Below, one piece after another: positions 52,024-56,722 of a DNA stretch of 56,722 nt (its first letter is position 1; every line of letters begins with the position of its first letter). This DNA is from Candidatus Micrarchaeia archaeon (GTDB taxonomy: Archaea; Micrarchaeota; Micrarchaeia; Anstonellales; Bilamarchaeaceae), in contig JAWOLP010000022.1 of assembly GCA_033853355.1 (NCBI GenBank), positions 1 through 56,722 on the forward strand, written 5' to 3'. The position numbers and the translations under genes were made by a program. The notes beneath the pieces are model-generated. The model was given only the letters and a program-made list of their open reading frames with translations, was not told the origin of the DNA and did not search any database.

Positions 52024-52950
52024 TTAGGCGTATAGCTTTTTGTATGCATCGAAAAACACGGCGAAGAGGATGGAGCGGGCGAAGGAAGGGTTTCTCATCG
52101 CCCTCCGGACCGAGTATGCGAACGCGTCCGGCCCGTACGGCACGTACTCCGTGGGATTCACGCCCTTGCCCCTCAGCTCGTCGTAATAGGAGGGGAGGAC
52201 GCCCTTGAGGACCTCGAGGTCGAAGAAGGCCTTCGGATGCTCCTTGGCCATCCTCAGGGCGAGGGCCACGGCCTCGGGATGATGGGTCCCGACGGCGATC
52301 CCGAAGGAGGGCGGGCTTTCCGTGAAAGCCTTCCTGATGAGCGCGAGGAAGCGCTGGTGCAGCTCCTTCTGGTCCGTGACCGAGGCCCCGGCGCTTTCCT
52401 TGTATATCCCTTTCACGAGCCGCACCATCACCGGGCCGCTCCCCGCCAGCGCTATCAGCCCCTCCAGGTCCTTGTCCGTCCGCCTGAGGTTCGCCTGGAG
52501 GCAGATGCCGAGCCGGAACTCGGAGCGGTGCCTCTTGTAGAACCCTATCGTGAAATCCGTGAAGCGCGAATCTTCCATGTCCAGCCAGGCCACGATGCCC
52601 TTTCCGCTCGCGTACGATGCCACCTCTGCCATCTTCTCGTCGCAGAAGCTCCTGGGGTCCTCGATGTCCAGGGCGTTGAAGCCGAACTGGGACGGCTTTA
52701 TCGTGATGGCGGCCTTCGCCCCGGAGGCTGCGATCGCATCTATGAGCCGATTGTATTCGGCGACAGCCTCCTCGGCCTGAGCGGTCTTCGCGTAGTGCTC
52801 CCCCAGGTAATTGATCACGCACGCCGAGCCCTTGCCATTGAGCCTCCGGCAGTACGAGACCGCGTCCGTCGCCCGGGAGCCGGCGACCCAGCGCCCCATG
52901 ATGTGCAGGAAGAAGAAGTTGCCGAAAGAACGCACCACCGAGGGCAGCAT
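52024..52950 (-). CDS. putA: Proline dehydrogenase family protein
   Basis: ITIKPSQFG, WLDMEDS, LQANLRRT, RLVKGIY, VGTHH, YVPYGPDAFAYSVRR: the monofunctional PRODH pattern. Confidence 0.85.
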   Translation of the reverse strand: MLPSVVRSFGNFFFLHIMGRWVAGSRATDAVSYCRRLNGKGSACVINYLGEHYAKTAQAEEAVAEYNRLIDAIAASGAKAAITIKPSQFGFNALDIEDPRSFCDEKMAEVASYASGKGIVAWLDMEDSRFTDFTIGFYKRHRSEFRLGICLQANLRRTDKDLEGLIALAGSGPVMVRLVKGIYKESAGASVTDQKELHQRFLALIRKAFTESPPSFGIAVGTHHPEAVALALRMAKEHPKAFFDLEVLKGVLPSYYDELRGKGVNPTEYVPYGPDAFAYSVRRAMRNPSFARSILFAVFFDAYKKLYA

Positions 52951-52974
52951 GCTTATCCAAGGAGCGCTAGGCTT

Positions 52975-54006
52975 TTATTGCTGACCGCGCCGCGGGCTCG
53001 AGAGCAGCGAGCGGAACCTCTCGGATGCCGTCAGCGGCTCGGTGACGTTCCTCAGCATCGGGTCTTCCCCCCATGAGGTGAACTGGGGGCAGCCTTCGAA
53101 GCCCAGGAACCTGCTGCCGAGGGCGGAGCGTATGAAGCGGTACGCCTCGGCGCCGTTCCGCTGGTCCAGGAAGCGGCCGAAAGCCCCCTCCCCCAGCCTC
53201 ATGTCCACGAGCCTTCCCACGGCGGTGAAGTCTCCGGTCAGGTAGGCGTCCCGGAGGATCTCGCGGCCGCGCTCCGGGTCGCCGCCGACTGCGTCCATGA
53301 CTATCATCTGGATGTAGAACGATGCGGCCGTCTCGTAAGGATAGGAGATCGAGAGAGGCTCGTTGCCGTGCGTCCGCGCGAGCTGCTGGGCGTGGAGCTC
53401 GGTCATGCCTTCGTGGAACCAGCGTATGTAATGCTTGTCGACGACCGCTCCCCCCGCGCCGGCGATCCGTATGTCCAGGCCGCCCCCCAGCTCGGACGCG
53501 TAGTGCAGGTCCTCGTGCGTTATGAGCTCGCGCCTCTCCGAAGGGAACCGGACGGCCGAGGAGACCCGGATCTCGTCCGTGCCCCATTCGTGCACGCCGG
53601 TCGGCCGGAAGCCCATCTCTGCCTCGAAGCGCGTGAAATACGAAGGCGGCTCGGTCAGCGTGCGCACCGGCCTGCCGGCGAACCTGCCATAGACCTCCGG
53701 GCCGAGGTAATCCCTGGTGAGCCAGCCGGAAGCTATCGTTTGGTTGTCGCGCTGGTTCTCCAGCCCCACGACCGCCCGGTCGAGCTCGTCCCTGGACCTG
53801 CCCGGCGCATCCAGCCTGGAGAATATCGCGGCCCGCTCGCCGAGCCGGATGCCGGTCTCCTGCGCCGTCCTTCCCTGCGCCCTCTCCTCCGGGACCCGCG
53901 CGGCCTGGTCCCTCGTCGCTCCCGCGCCCGTCCGCTCGTCCGGCAGCGGCTGGATACGGATGAGGTCGTCGCGTATGCTGTCTTTTTTCTTGTGCTCCTG
54001 AGCCAT
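52975..54006 (-). CDS. Putative gluzincin metallopeptidase (HExxH...WFHEGMTE), paralogue 2
   Basis: ITHEDLHYAS followed about 27 aa later by RWFHEGMTELHAQ (compare M1-type HExxH-x18-WLNEGFA). R/E-rich, probably disordered N-terminus. Clearly paralogous to 54250..55377. Confidence 0.6.
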   Translation of the reverse strand: MAQEHKKKDSIRDDLIRIQPLPDERTGAGATRDQAARVPEERAQGRTAQETGIRLGERAAIFSRLDAPGRSRDELDRAVVGLENQRDNQTIASGWLTRDYLGPEVYGRFAGRPVRTLTEPPSYFTRFEAEMGFRPTGVHEWGTDEIRVSSAVRFPSERRELITHEDLHYASELGGGLDIRIAGAGGAVVDKHYIRWFHEGMTELHAQQLARTHGNEPLSISYPYETAASFYIQMIVMDAVGGDPERGREILRDAYLTGDFTAVGRLVDMRLGEGAFGRFLDQRNGAEAYRFIRSALGSRFLGFEGCPQFTSWGEDPMLRNVTEPLTASERFRSLLSSPRRGQQ

Positions 54007-54014
54007 GCCTGCAC

Positions 54015-54263
54015 CTAGTCGATCGTGACCTTCTTTCCCGTCAGCTTCCCGTATATCCTTTCGCTCAGCGTCTTGTCATCCAGCTGGAACACCACGTACA
54101 GGTCGGGCGACGACGCCCTCATCGCCTTGAAGAATGCGGCTTTCTCGTCCCGCACCTTGATCGCTTCTGCAGGGCCGGCTTTCTCGAGCCTCTCATTCCA
54201 GGCGGATATGCGCCTCTGCGCTTCCTGGGATTCCTTCGACCGAACCAGTTCATCGAGATCCAT
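54015..54263 (-). CDS. Small helical protein (82 aa) between the two gluzincin paralogues
   Basis: Charged, helical composition. Its start overlaps the end of the upstream gene by 14 nt. Confidence 0.5.
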   Translation of the reverse strand: MDLDELVRSKESQEAQRRISAWNERLEKAGPAEAIKVRDEKAAFFKAMRASSPDLYVVFQLDDKTLSERIYGKLTGKKVTID

Positions 54264-55377
54264 ACAGGTACCTCATCAACTCTTTCGTTTCCCGGCTCCC
54301 GCTTCTCCACCCCGAATGGTCGATATGCGCATCGTCCAGTTTCTTCTCCAGGTACAGCAGCGCCATGGCGCCGTTCCGGATCCGGGGGTAGAATGCGGAT
54401 CTTCTGGGCAGATCGCGCATGCCCAGCAGGACGTCGAACGTCCCCTCCCCCAGCCTGCCGTCCACTATCGCGCGGACAGCGGTGAAATCGCCGGTGAGAT
54501 ATGCTTCGCGTAGGACGGCCCTTCCGCGCGCCCCGTCTCCCGTCCCCATCTCGGCCATCTTCTGCAGATAAAAGCCGAATGCAGACTCGGCCGGGTACGC
54601 GAAAAAGGATGGCGCCTGGCCCTGCTGCCGCACGAGCTGCTGGGCATGGAGCTCGGTCAGGCCCTCGTGGAGCCATCGCACGTCGCCTGCGATTACCGGC
54701 CGGTCGCCCTGCCCCCTCCAGCGGATCACGTCCCCTCCGCCCAGCCATGACGCGTAGTGGAGCTGCTCGTGGACGAGGATGAGGTAGCGGTCCGCCTCCA
54801 GGCGCACTTCGGATGAGATTGAGAGGTGGTTGGTGCCCCAGTGGCATACCCCGTTCAGGCCAGGGAGGGACGACAGTTCACCGGCCCTCCTGAAATAGTC
54901 CGGGCTTTCCGTCGACAGGAAGGGCGGGGCCGCGGTGAAACGCCCGTGGATCAGCGGCCCCAGATAGTCCCTGCCGAGCCATGAGCGCGTCGTGGCGCTG
55001 AGCTTATCGTTGGAGGACGCGGACAGCGAAAGGGCGACGAATGCCGGGAGCCCGCTTTCGGTCGGGGATGGCTGGTCAAGCATCTTCCTCATCCTCCGGA
55101 TCGATCGGGCGTCCCTGGGGGCTATCCCGGCCAGGCCGTCCCTGCCCCAATCGCGTATCGTATCGAGTATCTGGCGGTTCTGCTCATCGAGGAAACGCGT
55201 GTGGCGCGCAGCCTCGACGCTGTTCCTGATCAACAGTCCGGGCCGCTCATGGCCCGCGGCGGCCTGCCGGTAGCGGCGCTCCAGCGCGTCTTCCGCACGC
55301 CTCGGGACGCAGACCCGGCGGGTTGCCTGGAGGTGCGCCGACGCATCGCTCTCCCGGCTCTGCTGCGCTTCCGCCAC
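54250..55377 (-). CDS. Putative gluzincin metallopeptidase (HExxH...WLHEGLTE), paralogue 1
   Basis: LVHEQLHYAS...RWLHEGLTELHAQ. Blocks shared with paralogue 2: (S/G)WL.RDYLGP, AYLTGDFTAV, RLGEG.F. TATA inside the hairpin at 55403-55422. Confidence 0.6.
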   Translation of the reverse strand: MAEAQQSRESDASAHLQATRRVCVPRRAEDALERRYRQAAAGHERPGLLIRNSVEAARHTRFLDEQNRQILDTIRDWGRDGLAGIAPRDARSIRRMRKMLDQPSPTESGLPAFVALSLSASSNDKLSATTRSWLGRDYLGPLIHGRFTAAPPFLSTESPDYFRRAGELSSLPGLNGVCHWGTNHLSISSEVRLEADRYLILVHEQLHYASWLGGGDVIRWRGQGDRPVIAGDVRWLHEGLTELHAQQLVRQQGQAPSFFAYPAESAFGFYLQKMAEMGTGDGARGRAVLREAYLTGDFTAVRAIVDGRLGEGTFDVLLGMRDLPRRSAFYPRIRNGAMALLYLEKKLDDAHIDHSGWRSGSRETKELMRYLYGSR

Positions 55378-55402
55378 TCGCTCACCGTATATCGATTTGC
55401 TG

Positions 55403-55422
55403 GCGTGAATTTATATTCACGC
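55403..55422. promoter_or_regulatory. Hairpin/TATA element between orc1 and the gluzincin gene
   Basis: GCGTGAAT-TTAT-ATTCACGC directly after the orc1 stop. Its AT-rich centre lies about 26-35 nt upstream of ATG 55377. Confidence 0.45.
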
Positions 55423-56475
55423 TCACTTGAGCCGGAACACCCTGGGCTTGAGCATGCCCTCGGCCGGGAGCTCGCGCGAGCCCACGATCCCCTTCTTCTC
55501 GAGGAGGTCCAGGTAGTTCCGTATCTGCCTCTTGGTCTTGGGGACCTTCTTGGTGAAGCGCTCGTAGAGCTCCGACGACTCCAGCTCGCCGCCTTTCAGC
55601 AGCTCGACGATGAGCATCTCCTCGCTGGAGAGCTTGAGCTCCGGGAGCTTGAAGGAGGGCTCGAGGGCGAGCGTGTCCTCCACGTCCTGGAGCATGATCT
55701 TCCCCCGGCCGGCCTTCTCGGCGTGCTTGGCCGCCTTCCAGAGCCTCTCGAGGGCGATGCGCGCCGAGCCGTCCTCGACCGAGCGGACGATCTTGGCCAG
55801 GAGGCGGTCGTCGAAGCTCCCCGGCGTGAGGGCGCGGGTGGCCCGCACGCGCAGTATGGACATCAGCTGCTCCTCGGAGTACGGCCGAAACTCCATCTCC
55901 GAGAAGCGCAGCGAGCTGCGGATGCGCGAGTCGAGGCGCGAGAGCAGCTCCTTGTTGTTCGATATGCCGACGATGCCGAATGTGAGCTTCTGCTCGTTCG
56001 AGCGCGCCACCACGTAGAGGAGCTTGTCGTGCCGCAGGCCGTCCATCTCGTCAAGCACCAGCAGTATCGGCTTCTTGTAGTTGCGCACGAACTGCATTAT
56101 GCGGTCGAATATCTCGTCGGTGGCCAGCCCGCGCCGCGGGAGCGGGAGCCTCATCTCCTCGATTATGCGGTTGTACACCGCCATCTGCGTGGGGTTCTCC
56201 CAGCAGTTGACGTAGACCGTGAGCACGCCGGAGGAATGCTCGGACAGCTGCTTGAGCAGGTACTTGACGCACGTGGTCTTGCCGCTTCCCGAGGAGCCGT
56301 GGATGAAGAGGTTGTTCGGCGTGCGCTTGCCGAGCAGGGGCTTTATCGCGTCGGCTATCGCCTGCAGCTCCTGCTCGCGGTGCAGGAGCTCGTCGGGCAT
56401 GTAGTCGGGGAGCAGGACCTCCTCGGACTGTATGATCGATGGCCCCCGGTCCGCGCCGTCGAAATAGTTCGTCAT
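55423..56475 (-). CDS. orc1: Orc1/Cdc6 replication initiator
   Basis: Walker A HGSSGSGKTT, Walker B LLVLDEMD, sensor motifs and a C-terminal winged helix (IRNYLDLLEKKGIV). Start set at MTNYFDG (56475), about 26 nt from TATA GATTTAAATC (56496-56505). Confidence 0.92.
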   Translation of the reverse strand: MTNYFDGADRGPSIIQSEEVLLPDYMPDELLHREQELQAIADAIKPLLGKRTPNNLFIHGSSGSGKTTCVKYLLKQLSEHSSGVLTVYVNCWENPTQMAVYNRIIEEMRLPLPRRGLATDEIFDRIMQFVRNYKKPILLVLDEMDGLRHDKLLYVVARSNEQKLTFGIVGISNNKELLSRLDSRIRSSLRFSEMEFRPYSEEQLMSILRVRATRALTPGSFDDRLLAKIVRSVEDGSARIALERLWKAAKHAEKAGRGKIMLQDVEDTLALEPSFKLPELKLSSEEMLIVELLKGGELESSELYERFTKKVPKTKRQIRNYLDLLEKKGIVGSRELPAEGMLKPRVFRLK

Positions 56476-56495
56476 GACATCTTTTTGGCACGGAG

Positions 56496-56505
56496 GATTT
56501 AAATC
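56496..56505 (-). promoter_or_regulatory. TATA box for orc1/cdc6 (leaderless)
   Basis: GATTTAAATC centred about 26 nt upstream of ATG 56475. Confidence 0.6.
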
Positions 56506-56506
56506 A

Positions 56507-56722
56507 TTCGCGGAAGCTGGACATTTCCGCGGAAAAGTGTATGGAAGCACACTTTTCCGGGTGGCGTGGACGGCGATCCGTCCACGACTGTCTTGAACGC
56601 GGTTCAAGGACACAGCGGGACGGGCCGTAATTGTTCGACGCCTCGAACAATTTGCGCCTCCCAATCGTTCTCCGAACGATGGGGCACCGCGATGCTGTGC
56701 ATCGCGATTGTGAACGGATCGC
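56507..56722. repeat. Array of at least 7 consecutive, sequence-distinct perfect inverted repeats (runs off the window end)
   Basis: CGGAA/TTCCG 56511-56529. Palindrome TTTCCGCGGAAA 56524-56535. GGAAAAGTGT/ACACTTTTCC 56531-56558. GTGGACGG/CCGTCCAC 56566-56585. CTTGAAC/GTTCAAG 56592-56608. AATTGTTCGA/TCGAACAATT 56629-56652. ATCGTTC/GAACGAT 56664-56680. CGCGATGC/GCATCGCG 56688-56706. GCGAT/ATCGC 56704-56722. Confidence 0.85.

Noticed and set aside
55201-56502. 433-aa plus-strand ORF
   Set aside because: Antisense to orc1/cdc6 and to the end of the gluzincin gene. L/R/A/E/G-rich artefact.
1-56722. rRNA genes, transposases/IS elements, integrases, prophage or cas genes
   Set aside because: No ORF translation or sequence stretch in the window resembles these. 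The only mobile-element-like signals are the palindromic region at 9785-9960 and the low-GC gene at 49383-50168, both reported as findings.

Overview
High-GC archaeal chromosomal segment. Archaeal hallmarks: Orc1/Cdc6, aRF1, RNase P Rpp21, NMD3, archaemetzincin, type-2 IDI plus GGPP synthase, a class-III-signal-peptide pilin, an intron-containing tRNA-Lys, and TATA boxes about 26 nt upstream of mostly leaderless ATGs. I support about 60 protein genes, one tRNA and a probable compact SRP RNA. I saw no rRNA, CRISPR array, transposase or integrase. Most long overlapping or antisense ORFs in the track are R/G/P/A-rich high-GC artefacts. The most interesting region is 25.6-37.1 kb. It holds a tightly packed hyf/complex-I-like membrane operon (NuoL, NuoH+K, NuoN, NuoCD and NuoB homologues). 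All four NiFe cysteines and three of the four FeS cysteines are replaced, and there is no ferredoxin-type subunit. Next to it sit three divergent paralogues that each carry an intact beta-carbonic-anhydrase zinc site (CxDxR...H..C) followed by a degenerate second CA-like domain, as in CsoSCA. I interpret this as a candidate energy-coupled CO2/HCO3- (or COS/CS2) conversion system, conceptually like DabAB or NDH-1/CupA but with a different architecture. Other points of interest: a tandem pair of divergent RelA/SpoT-homologue proteins; two paralogous HExxH...WxHEGxTE gluzincins flanking an 82-aa gene; a run of at least seven different perfect hairpins upstream of orc1/cdc6; an unassigned repeat-rich structured intergenic region next to the tRNA; an archaemetzincin with a degenerate tandem paralogue; and a low-GC single-gene island. 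All family assignments come from motif reading by eye. No searches were run.
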